This document shows, in pieces, positions 16,402 to 25,449 of a stretch of 53,673 nt of DNA (the first letter of the stretch is position 1; the number at the start of each line of letters is the position of its first letter). The position numbers were made by a program, and so were the translations under genes. A model generated the notes under the pieces. That model did not search any database. It was given only the letters and a program-made list of their open reading frames with translations, and was not told the origin of the DNA. The DNA comes from Escherichia phage vB_EcoM_SA91KD. The stretch lies in the sequence record NC_079183; one strand, 5' to 3'.

Positions 16402-16534
16402 TTATTGCTTAATTGCACAACCAATCTATTTGGATGTTGCAGAAGTGAAAATATTATCACGCGAAACCAAAACACAGATTTTAGTCCACAATGAAACGTG
16501 GGCACAAAAGTGTTCGAAACTTACCCGACAGTGA
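16325..16534 (+). CDS. Predicted lipoprotein overlapping the 3' end of the preceding gene in another frame; o-spanin-like (69 aa)
   Basis: Signal/lipobox-like MFRKKCLAVLIAMSIVSC. The overlapped architecture is typical of Rz/Rz1. Confidence 0.4.
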   Translation: MFRKKCLAVLIAMSIVSCSQSGFVSDYCLIAQPIYLDVAEVKILSRETKTQILVHNETWAQKCSKLTRQ

Positions 16535-17521
16535 GTGAACAAGACGGACGTCTATAACTTCCCACATGGCCTAGCTAGTTGGTGGTGTAAAAGACTGACC
16601 AAGGTGACGACAGCCAAAGTCGAGGGAGTGCGCGACTTTAAATAACGAGACTCTAGCAACTTGTTGCGATGATGGTGTAAGCCCATGCGTTTGGAAGCAG
16701 GACTCCAACTCAAACAAACCTGCAAGTTGCTCTGGGCATAACAATTGAAATTGCTGCCTCGTATTGAACGCGAGAAAGTTCAGGTAGTCACTTCCTAGAA
16801 CAGTGGCCGGGAACACACCTAGACAAAAGTGCTTGAGAACGTTAGCTCTGTCTTGCCAGCATTAATGGCACGTTGGCCGCGTAAAGGCCACAGCGTCTGA
16901 CCAACGTATCGGTCACTAAATTCAATGGATTCGTAGAGTTAATTAAACCTGCACGATGGGATAGGGATGTAGCATCCGAGGCCGACTGTGTAATTGTGAA
17001 CTTCGCGTTCGCCGAATCCGCCAAATCAATGGGCTAGTGCAAATGTCAGTCACTAGAAGATGTGTTGCAAAACGTCTTCCATGATGTGCAAAGTGTCAGT
17101 CACGTGCCCGCCAATTTACCTCCAACAGTTATGCCTCTGTTCAAAAGGCTCAAGAGAGCGTCTGGCATACCGTAGCGATACGGCTTAGTTGCGCTGATTG
17201 TGTTGTGCAGAAAGAAAGTTCAGGCTTTCGTTTGGGTTACTCCTCATCCCGAAGTTAGCTGGATTCAAAATCCAGACTATGTTCCTATACACATGAAATA
17301 TGCAAGTCGAGGGTTCTTAATGTTCAAACATGATGCGAGCATTAAGCGGGTTTATACTTTTCCCCGATGGTCCCCATAAACAAGTCTGATTCACTTGGGC
17401 GGTTCGAATCAAATTTAATAAGTGTCTTGGCCGCAGTGGAAACATCATTTAAGCCAATGTTTTGTAATGTTCGTAATAGTCCACGTCAGGACACTTACTT
17501 AAATTTTAACTGGAGAGAAAC

Positions 17522-17743
17522 ATGAAAACTGCTGAAATTGCCGAAGAGATTTATAAGGCCGTAATAGCCAGCCAAATCACAAGTGAAGTCCTGCACATGG
17601 ATATTGAAGAAGTTCGCAATGCCTTTGGTGGTTTTGCAATCTTGTCAATAGAAGCTGCGGAAGCACTGACAAACACGTACAATCAACGCGAGTATGAAAA
17701 GCGTTCTGTACTAAATGCGTCATTACAGGCGTCATTAAAATAA
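17522..17743 (+). CDS. Hypothetical protein (73 aa)
   Basis: ggagag RBS then ATG; first gene after the non-coding region. Confidence 0.55.
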   Translation: MKTAEIAEEIYKAVIASQITSEVLHMDIEEVRNAFGGFAILSIEAAEALTNTYNQREYEKRSVLNASLQASLK

Positions 17744-17783
17744 TACCATTATCATGGTGCGGAGCTAATTAATCTCCCACCAT

Positions 17784-18254
17784 ATGAACCGGAGTCCAAC
17801 ATTGACCAAGCTGTCTAAGAAGTTTGTGTTAGACTGTGCTGCAAAAAGGTTTGACCAAATCAATTGGACTTGCAGTGGCAGATATGCGAGAACGGCAATA
17901 TATCTTAGTGGAAGACACTACAGTGTATGTAGGCACGTACTTGTATTCTACATGCACACAGGAAAGGTTGTTGACAAAGTTGACCATATTGATGGAAACA
18001 CCTTCAACGATGTTCCAGGCAATTTGCGGGAAGCAACACAACTTCAAAATTGCCACAACAGAAAGATAAACTCAAACAACTCATCTGGAGTTAAAGGTGT
18101 GCACAAAGATTCCAGAGGGAAATTTGTTGCAAGGTTGCGAGTAGGTAATGGTAAAAGAATTTTCATAGGCAACTTCGATAAACTAGAGGATGCCGAAATA
18201 GCTATCAACAAGGCCAGAACATTTTATCACGGAGAATACGCGAACAATGGCTAA
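17784..18254 (+). CDS. HNH homing endonuclease with AP2-type DNA-binding domain (156 aa)
   Basis: HNH_3-like HIDGNTFNDVPGNLREATQLQNCHN, then AP2-like GVKGVHKDSRGKFVARLRVGNGKRIFIGNF. Confidence 0.7.
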   Translation: MNRSPTLTKLSKKFVLDCAAKRFDQINWTCSGRYARTAIYLSGRHYSVCRHVLVFYMHTGKVVDKVDHIDGNTFNDVPGNLREATQLQNCHNRKINSNNSSGVKGVHKDSRGKFVARLRVGNGKRIFIGNFDKLEDAEIAINKARTFYHGEYANNG

Positions 18255-18906
18255 ACAAATTACTGCCACACTAGTAGATAGTATGGGGAACGACCTTACA
18301 ACGGTCAATGCAGCACGAGTTTCCTATGGTGCGCAATCCTTATCTTTAACAATGCGGGACGAGAAGTTAATTGAGTTTCTTGCAAAGCATAAGCACATTA
18401 CGCCGTTTCGCCACGCACAGGTAACATTGCGTTGTAAAGCTCCAATCTTTATTGCACGTCAGCTTGGCAAACATCAAACTGGCTTTAGCTGGAATGAAGT
18501 TAGTCGTCGATACAAAGATGGTGAAGCAATCGAGGTCGAATTCTTCATTCCAGACACTGTATTTGGTCGTCCTGAAAAGTTGATGACTCAGACTGCACAA
18601 CCGTTGCCACAAGATTTTGCCGATGACATTAAGTACCGTATGGAAGGCCATAACATGGCTTGCATCGCAGAATATGAGATGTTAATTGGTTTGGGGATTG
18701 CTCCAGAGCAAGCTCGCATGGTTCTTCCACAATCCATGATGACTGAATGGATTTGGACTGGCTCACTTTATGGCTGGGCATCTATGTATAATCAACGTTC
18801 CTCCGAACATGCGCAATACGAAGTTCGCTTGTTTGCGGAAGAAGTGAATAAAATCATGTCAGAACTATTCCCAATTTGTTGGAAGGCTCTGACCAACCAG
18901 GAATAA
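18247..18906 (+). CDS. thyX: Flavin-dependent thymidylate synthase ThyX-like (219 aa)
   Basis: Collinear with ThyX (VDSMGNDL...AARVSY...HITPFRHAQVTL.CKAPIFIARQ...SRRY...RSSEHAQYE); the RHR signature reads KHQ here. Confidence 0.7.
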   Translation: MAKQITATLVDSMGNDLTTVNAARVSYGAQSLSLTMRDEKLIEFLAKHKHITPFRHAQVTLRCKAPIFIARQLGKHQTGFSWNEVSRRYKDGEAIEVEFFIPDTVFGRPEKLMTQTAQPLPQDFADDIKYRMEGHNMACIAEYEMLIGLGIAPEQARMVLPQSMMTEWIWTGSLYGWASMYNQRSSEHAQYEVRLFAEEVNKIMSELFPICWKALTNQE

Positions 18907-18910
18907 ATAA

Positions 18911-20674
18911 ATGAACGTCAAGCAATGTGTGGCTAAGATTAAGCACGATGTACCAGACTGTAAATCCACATCTGGCAAGTCTTTACAGGTTTGGTTGAAT
19001 GTCGATGAAGCTGGTAATAAGAACTTCTCTGGTTACTGCTTTGCGTGTGGCGTTCTAGTACCAAATCCTTATGGTAATAATCCGGAGAACATTCCAGAGA
19101 TTAAGGTCAAAACTCCAGAAGAGATTCAGGAAGAAGTTGATGAAATCACTGCTTGTCCCCCGTTTGACTTAACTCATCGCAGCATTGAGCCGGAGTTCTG
19201 GAAAGCTGCTGGTGTTCGACTTCTGTATTCAGAGTATGATGGGAAGACTCCAAATGCTTTGGCGCATGGCTACACCAAAAATGGTAAACTTGTTCGTTGG
19301 AAGATTAAACTTCTGAACAAGAAAGTTATGTGGTCAGTTGGTGACACCCAGGGTAACGACCCTTACAACTGGATGGCTGCAAAAGCAATTGGCGGTAAGA
19401 CACTGTTCATCACAGAAGGTGAAGAAGACTGTATCGCATTGCGTCAAATCCTCAAGACCATGAACCGTGGTGGTGCATACGAAGATTTGGATTTTGCTGT
19501 AATTAGTTTGAGCGATGGGAGTGATTCCGTACACAAATGTCTGTCACCAGTTGCAGAAGAAATTAAGCAACGTTGGGAACAGGTTGTTATCGTATTTGAT
19601 GATGACGAACCTGGACGTAAAGCTGCAAAAGAAGCGTGTCGATTGTTGCCTGGTGCAATGATTGCAACACTTCCAGCTAACGATGCCAACGATTGTTTGA
19701 AGCGTGGCTTGCTCAAAGCTACTCAATCTGCTGTTGTGTTCCGTGCTGCTCGTCCTCTACCTACAGCACTTGTCAACAAAGAGCTTCTTATGGAAGAGCT
19801 TGATGACGAGGTTGAACAGGGTGTGGATTATCCTTGGCCCAAGCTAACCGACTTAATGTTTGGTCAACGTCGAGCCGAAGTTATTACAATCGGTGGTGCA
19901 GAAGGTGGTGGTAAAACTACACTATCCCGTCAGATTGTGCATCACAACATTACCAAGCATGATTGGGGAGTGTTTACTGCATACATGGAGGAAACTCCTA
20001 CAGAAACACTGCGCCGAATGGCTGGCCTCAATGACAACTTGCCATATTGGGAACCTGCGTTTACTCGTGAAGACCCTCGATATGATGAAGCTAAGTTCCG
20101 TCAAACTGCTGCGAAGATGCTTCGTAACATGGAGATTTGGGACCGCAAGCAAGCTGGAGAAGACCCTTATGAAACCTGGGATGGGTTAAAGACGATTCTT
20201 CGTCAGATTGGGCCAGACATTGATATGTTTGTCCTTGATAACTTAACCTACTTATCGGAAGGGATTTCTACCTCAGAGAAGAACGACTTCTTAGGTAAGC
20301 TGTATGCAGATATTACCAAACTGGCAGACCAATACCAGTTCCATGTAAATATTCTGTCGCACCTTAACCCTGTGGCAAAAGGTCAACGACCTCATGAAGA
20401 TGGCGGACGAATCAAGAAGTCAGACTTTACTGGCTCTCGTGCTGCTGCTAAATATTCTCATGGTATGTTCGGCTTTGAGCGTAATAGCCAGGCAGTTGAC
20501 CCAAACTGTTCTATCATTCGTTCCATTAAGGCTCGTAAGAGTGGTAAAACAGAAGGCTTCAAGACGTACTACGACACCGAATCCGGTCGAATCATTCAAC
20601 GTTCTTGGGATGACTCGCTGTTCGAAACTAAAGAGATTGTTCAACTTACTAAGAAGAACGGTCCTCATCAATAA
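18911..20674 (+). CDS. Bifunctional DNA primase-helicase (T7 gp4-like), 587 aa
   Basis: N-terminal Cys4 zinc ribbon, TOPRIM-like EGEEDCIAL, Walker A GGAEGGGKTT. Confidence 0.85.
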   Translation: MNVKQCVAKIKHDVPDCKSTSGKSLQVWLNVDEAGNKNFSGYCFACGVLVPNPYGNNPENIPEIKVKTPEEIQEEVDEITACPPFDLTHRSIEPEFWKAAGVRLLYSEYDGKTPNALAHGYTKNGKLVRWKIKLLNKKVMWSVGDTQGNDPYNWMAAKAIGGKTLFITEGEEDCIALRQILKTMNRGGAYEDLDFAVISLSDGSDSVHKCLSPVAEEIKQRWEQVVIVFDDDEPGRKAAKEACRLLPGAMIATLPANDANDCLKRGLLKATQSAVVFRAARPLPTALVNKELLMEELDDEVEQGVDYPWPKLTDLMFGQRRAEVITIGGAEGGGKTTLSRQIVHHNITKHDWGVFTAYMEETPTETLRRMAGLNDNLPYWEPAFTREDPRYDEAKFRQTAAKMLRNMEIWDRKQAGEDPYETWDGLKTILRQIGPDIDMFVLDNLTYLSEGISTSEKNDFLGKLYADITKLADQYQFHVNILSHLNPVAKGQRPHEDGGRIKKSDFTGSRAAAKYSHGMFGFERNSQAVDPNCSIIRSIKARKSGKTEGFKTYYDTESGRIIQRSWDDSLFETKEIVQLTKKNGPHQ

Positions 20675-20739
20675 CAGAGCTGCTACGCTGCATGGTTCGC
20701 CCACCAGCGTAGCCCTCACCAATCCATTGGAGCCATACT

Positions 20740-22674
20740 GTGTTGTATCCTTGGGAGAACATGTACGCCAGTGACATTGAAACAACTGGCCTGTTGGAGC
20801 AAATGCGTAAGCAAGCTGCACCACGTCTTCACAACATTGGATATATTGATGTTCTAACTCGTGAAGAAACTGTAATAGAGTGGACCGACAGAAAATCTAT
20901 CCAGGCATTTCTGGATACAGGCCCAACGCTAATCATGCACAACGGCGCAACCTTTGACTTTGAAGCACTGAGGTTCCTTGGTTACGACGTTTCAAAATGT
21001 ACCTTAATTGATACTTTGTTTATCAGTTGGTATCTGCAACCTCGTCGTGTTAAGCACGGCTTAGAAGGTTACGGCGAAGAGTTTGGTGTACCAAAACCAG
21101 TCATCGAAGATTGGGAAAATCAAACTCAAGAAGAGTACAACCATCGTGTGATGGAAGACTGCAAGATTCAGTTGAAGCTGTGGGAACAGCAATACATTCA
21201 ACTCTTGAAGATTTATAAATCTCCTAGCGAAGTTAAGCGCTTCGTTGAATACCTGATGACAAAAGCTCGTCAGCAAGTTATTCAGCAACGTACTCGCTGG
21301 AAGTTAAACATTGAGAAGGCATTGGCATTTAAAGCCAAACTGGAGCCAATGATTAAAGAGAAGACGGACGCATTGGAAGCATCAATGCCGCGTGTTCCGG
21401 AATATGTTATCAAGACCCGTCCAGCTAAATGCCACAAAATGAACGGGCAACTGTCTGCCACTGGAATTAAGTGGAAGGCTATTTGTGATGCAAACGGTTT
21501 GGACTGGAAAGACCCAGACCTGGCTATCAAAGTTCTTAAAGGTTATAAGAAGCCTAATGCTGGTTCACATGTTCAAATTAAGGATTGGTTGTTCAGCCTG
21601 GGTTGGGAACCGGAAACCTTTAAGTTTGACCGTAACAAGGAAACAGGTGAAACTCGCCAGATTCCACAAATCACTGTGAAGGATGAAGATGGCAATCCTG
21701 AAATATGTCCGAGCTTGCATAAGCTGGCGGAAAGAAACCCCGACTCTGGTATTCAACATCTTATTGGGATGGGCGTGTATAAACACCGTCTGTCTGTTGT
21801 TAATGGCTTCCTTCGCGACGTCGATGAAGATGGGTTCCTTACTGCACGATGCGGTGGCCTTACCAATACTTTACGCCTTAAGCATCGCGAACTTGTTAAC
21901 CTCCCTTCTATTCGTGTATTTGGCGGTGAAGAACTGCGTTCAATGCTGGAAGCGTGGCGTGAAGACTACGAACAGTTAGGCTCTGATTTGTGTTCTCTGG
22001 AAGACCGATGTAAGCACCACTTCCAGTGGATGTATGACCCTGAATACGTTAAGAAGCAGTTGGCACCAGACTATGATGCTCACCTTGCAATCGGCGTAAT
22101 TGGTGGATTTATTACAGAACAGGAGTCTCAGGACCACAAGGACGGAATTAAGAAGTGTAAACAACGTCCAATGTTTAAGACCACAAACTATGCTTGTCAG
22201 TATGGTGCTGGTATACCAACTGTAGCCCGTTCTGCTGGTTGCGACCAGAATACTGCTGCACGACTGCATAAAGCATATTGGGACTTGAACTGGTCTATTA
22301 AAGAGATTGCTGCAAACACCAAAGTTGTAACAATTGATGGTCAGATGTGGCAACAGAATCCGGTAAACAAATTCTGGTATTCATTGCGTACAGAGAAAGA
22401 CCGATTCTCCACATTGTGTCAGGGTACTGGTGCATATGTGTTTGATATTTGGTGTAACAACATCATTGCAATTTGTAATGAGCGTTGGGGATGTGACCCA
22501 CTTCTGTCCGGGCAATTCCACGACGAATTGATTCTCCAAGTTAAGAAAGGTTTCCGTGATTTGTGGACGGACTTGCTTAATGAGGCAATGGACCGAACCA
22601 ACAAAGAACTTAAACTTAACCGCGATTGTGCATGTGATGTGCAGTTCGGTGATAACTACGCAGAGATTCACTAA
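20740..22674 (+). CDS. Family A DNA polymerase with 3'-5' exonuclease domain (T7 gp5-like), 644 aa
   Basis: Exo I DIETTGL; polymerase motif B KTTNYACQYGAG; motif C QFHDE. GTG start per track; ATG at 20761 possible. Confidence 0.85.
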   Translation: MLYPWENMYASDIETTGLLEQMRKQAAPRLHNIGYIDVLTREETVIEWTDRKSIQAFLDTGPTLIMHNGATFDFEALRFLGYDVSKCTLIDTLFISWYLQPRRVKHGLEGYGEEFGVPKPVIEDWENQTQEEYNHRVMEDCKIQLKLWEQQYIQLLKIYKSPSEVKRFVEYLMTKARQQVIQQRTRWKLNIEKALAFKAKLEPMIKEKTDALEASMPRVPEYVIKTRPAKCHKMNGQLSATGIKWKAICDANGLDWKDPDLAIKVLKGYKKPNAGSHVQIKDWLFSLGWEPETFKFDRNKETGETRQIPQITVKDEDGNPEICPSLHKLAERNPDSGIQHLIGMGVYKHRLSVVNGFLRDVDEDGFLTARCGGLTNTLRLKHRELVNLPSIRVFGGEELRSMLEAWREDYEQLGSDLCSLEDRCKHHFQWMYDPEYVKKQLAPDYDAHLAIGVIGGFITEQESQDHKDGIKKCKQRPMFKTTNYACQYGAGIPTVARSAGCDQNTAARLHKAYWDLNWSIKEIAANTKVVTIDGQMWQQNPVNKFWYSLRTEKDRFSTLCQGTGAYVFDIWCNNIIAICNERWGCDPLLSGQFHDELILQVKKGFRDLWTDLLNEAMDRTNKELKLNRDCACDVQFGDNYAEIH

Positions 22675-22946
22675 TGCAAACTGTATATTCTATTTTCGAT
22701 ATGCAGGAATTAGAGCACCATATGTTTGCTGCTGATTCCGAAGTTCCAGCAAAGGACGCCGTAATGGCGTTCCTTGAAAAGATTAAGGACGAGGTGTTCG
22801 CTTCGTCTGACCCACAGTCTCAAGCATTCAACGACGAGACATTCAAAAACATCCAAACTTTAATTTCGGCAACGTCTTCAATTGAAGAGCTGTCCGAAGC
22901 ATTAGTTGGATATGACTTCCGGCTTGCTATGTTGCAAGTCGACTAA
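22674..22946 (+). CDS. Small acidic protein (90 aa)
   Basis: ATG overlaps the polymerase stop; a promoter-like box sits in its 3' end. Confidence 0.5.
   Translation: MQTVYSIFDMQELEHHMFAADSEVPAKDAVMAFLEKIKDEVFASSDPQSQAFNDETFKNIQTLISATSSIEELSEALVGYDFRLAMLQVD
22899..22916 (+). promoter_or_regulatory. Promoter-like box (gCATTAGTTGGATaTGAc) embedded in coding sequence
   Basis: Consensus match about 60 nt upstream of the 22977 gene. Confidence 0.35.
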
Positions 22947-22976
22947 CTCCTAAACTGAAATTTAAAGGTACTCAAA

Positions 22977-23843
22977 ATGGCATTTGCTGCTCCTACACTG
23001 GCCTCGAACAAGACTCCTTCTGCTGCACCATTACTGGAAGCGGGTGGTTATCCTGCTCGTGTTTGCCGTATTATCGACCTGGGCTTACAGCCTGGTTCTG
23101 CTAAATATCCTACCCCGTCCCTGAAACTTCTGGTGACTTTCGAACTGCTCGACGAGTACATGAAAGAAGTTGACAGTGAAGGTAAAATGGTCATGGTTCA
23201 AGACCCAGACGAAGATGACGGCATCATGATGGCGAAGAATCTTGAAGACAAGCCGCGTTGGTTTGACTTTGAGTTTACCTATAATGCTGATGGTTTCATG
23301 GGTGAGAACTCCCACATCTACAAATTCGCTAAGGCGATTGATGCACTGGAAGTTAAACCTAATCTGGAACAAGGTATTCAGGGCCATCCTGCCAAGAACC
23401 TGCCGGATTGGTTGGGCGAACCTCTGATTGTTGGCATTGTTCAATATACCAAGCAGTCAGGTAAGAATGCTGGCCAGGTTGCAAACAAAGTTGCTACCTT
23501 CTCTCCGATGAAATCTAAGGAGAAGAAAGAAGCTAAAGCTCTGGTTAACCCGACTGTCTTCTTTGACATGTCTGAGCCGGACTTAGAAGTATTCAACAAA
23601 CTGCCAGGTGGCGAATCTCCGTATGCAATCAAGAACCGTATTACTTCCGGTGTTGATTTCTACAAGACTAAGCTGTCTGCACTGTTAGGCGGTAAACCTG
23701 CCGATGAAGGCGCTGTACCGAATCAGGCTTCTGATGAAGAAGTTGATGCAGCTATGAAAGCTGAACTGGAAGCACAGGCTGCTGCAAAAGCACAGCGTGA
23801 AGCGGAAGGTGGTGCTGCTGGCGGTACGGGTATGCCGTTCTAA
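22977..23843 (+). CDS. Abundant DNA-metabolism protein, putative ssDNA-binding/annealing protein (288 aa)
   Basis: Between polymerase and exonuclease, as gp2.5 sits in T7-like modules; high-expression codon choice; Ala/Glu-rich tail ending in Phe. No firm motif. Confidence 0.4.
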   Translation: MAFAAPTLASNKTPSAAPLLEAGGYPARVCRIIDLGLQPGSAKYPTPSLKLLVTFELLDEYMKEVDSEGKMVMVQDPDEDDGIMMAKNLEDKPRWFDFEFTYNADGFMGENSHIYKFAKAIDALEVKPNLEQGIQGHPAKNLPDWLGEPLIVGIVQYTKQSGKNAGQVANKVATFSPMKSKEKKEAKALVNPTVFFDMSEPDLEVFNKLPGGESPYAIKNRITSGVDFYKTKLSALLGGKPADEGAVPNQASDEEVDAAMKAELEAQAAAKAQREAEGGAAGGTGMPF

Positions 23844-23851
23844 TTATAAAT

Positions 23852-24913
23852 ATGGCTCCTTCGGGAGCCTTTAATTTGGAGCTTACCAAAGTGAGTAAGA
23901 AACGAGTTTTGTTGCTGGTTGACGGCGACATGGTTGCATTCAGTCACTGTGCTGCTGAGGAATACGGCAAAGATTCAGAAGATATTAACTTTGCTAAGAT
24001 TCAAATGTCAATGGATTCCAAGATGGAATTCCTCGCGAAACGTGTAGGAGCTACAGAAGTAGTTACTTGCATTTCACCATCCAAAACATTCCGTAACGTT
24101 CTTGCCGAGAATTACAAAGGCAATCGTGATGATGTTTGGCGACCAGAAAACTTGAAGAATGCGAAAGCACATCTTATGGTTGCCTGGAATGGCGTGTGGA
24201 TGAAAGGCCTGGAAGCAGATGACCTTCTTGCCGTATTCGCACGACATGAATATGAAATGACAATGGGTAAACGTAATGAGATTAAGAGCCTCAAGCGCAT
24301 TGGTCCTTGCACATATGATGAAGTCTGGATTGCGTCGCTGGACAAAGACTTGCGACAAATCGGGCAGAATGGTGGTGCTGGTCCAGTAATTAAACATTAC
24401 CAATGGGAACGAGAAACCCAGGGTATTGGTGAGAAGGTTGTAACTCCGCAGGATTACGGAGAACTCAAATTAATCATCAAGGACAATGGCAAATCGAAAA
24501 AGAAAGAAGTTAAAGGCAATGGCCCCAAATTCTTCTTGCATCAATTGCTTATTGGCGACTCAACGGATAACGTTATGGGTTGCGGAGTTCTTGAAGAAAG
24601 AATTTACAAAACTGGTGCCAAAGCCGGAGAAACTTATTTCCGTCGTGATGGCATTGGTGCAGTTGCTTCATTCGAGATGCTGGATGGTACAACATCCTAT
24701 GCAGAAGGTTTGAAGAAAGTTATTGGTGCATACATTATGCGCTTCGGAGATGGTTGGGAACAAGAGCTGCTCAAAGTGGGCCGTCTTGTTTACATGCACC
24801 ATCAAATTGAAAAGGGTAATTGTGTTCGCTTGTGGCATTACAAGAACATTAACGAATACTTTGACCTTAAAGAGAATCGTATCCTCACTCAAGAAGAGTA
24901 CCTCCAGAAATAA
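23852..24913 (+). CDS. 5'-3' exonuclease (T7 gp6 / FEN-like), 353 aa
   Basis: N-terminal LLVDGDMVAFSHCAAEE resembles T7 gp6 LVMDGDWLVFQAMSAAE. Confidence 0.7.
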   Translation: MAPSGAFNLELTKVSKKRVLLLVDGDMVAFSHCAAEEYGKDSEDINFAKIQMSMDSKMEFLAKRVGATEVVTCISPSKTFRNVLAENYKGNRDDVWRPENLKNAKAHLMVAWNGVWMKGLEADDLLAVFARHEYEMTMGKRNEIKSLKRIGPCTYDEVWIASLDKDLRQIGQNGGAGPVIKHYQWERETQGIGEKVVTPQDYGELKLIIKDNGKSKKKEVKGNGPKFFLHQLLIGDSTDNVMGCGVLEERIYKTGAKAGETYFRRDGIGAVASFEMLDGTTSYAEGLKKVIGAYIMRFGDGWEQELLKVGRLVYMHHQIEKGNCVRLWHYKNINEYFDLKENRILTQEEYLQK

Positions 24914-24924
24914 TTGGAGTTGGA

Positions 24925-25449
24925 ATGGCTTACGGTTATTGTGGAACGGAAGCCAAGTTTGTATCTTGGCTCCAATCTGCTATTCGAAGTGTTTGGTCTA
25001 AACACCCAAGCAAACTCGCGCTAATACAATCTCGACGCATTGCATTGAAGGTCGGTGACTCAAAGAAACCAATCTTCCACATTCAGTGCTACCATTGTAA
25101 GAAGTTGTATAAGCTCAAAGAGATTGAAGTAAACCACAAAGTTCAAGTTGGTGGCCTCCTTAAATTGGAAGACCTGCACCGCTTTGTGGACAACCTTCTA
25201 CTGGTTCAGCCAGAAGATTTGGAATTGCTGTGTAAAGATTGTCACGGCATTATTACATACATGGAACGATATGGTGTATCACGACGTGATGCAGTCATTG
25301 AGAAGAAGTGTATTGCATTTGCCAAATTGTCTGACGAAGAGCAAATTGCCAAGTGCAATCTTGCTAAAATAGAGCCAGTTCCTAAAACCAAAATCGGACG
25401 CAAGAATGCTGTTCGAGAATACCTGAGAAAGAATCTTAATGTCTATTAA
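24925..25449 (+). CDS. Cys/His-rich putative HNH-type nuclease or zinc-binding protein (174 aa)
   Basis: CYHC ... NH ... CKDCH spacing is consistent with an HNH zinc finger. Confidence 0.4.
   Translation: MAYGYCGTEAKFVSWLQSAIRSVWSKHPSKLALIQSRRIALKVGDSKKPIFHIQCYHCKKLYKLKEIEVNHKVQVGGLLKLEDLHRFVDNLLLVQPEDLELLCKDCHGIITYMERYGVSRRDAVIEKKCIAFAKLSDEEQIAKCNLAKIEPVPKTKIGRKNAVREYLRKNLNVY

Noticed and set aside
16535-17521. Group I intron hypothesis for the non-coding block upstream of the HNH endonuclease
   Set aside because: The neighbouring thyX is collinear and full-length, no split exon is evident, and I could not find P/Q/R/S core elements by eye. Left as an open possibility under the non-coding-region finding.
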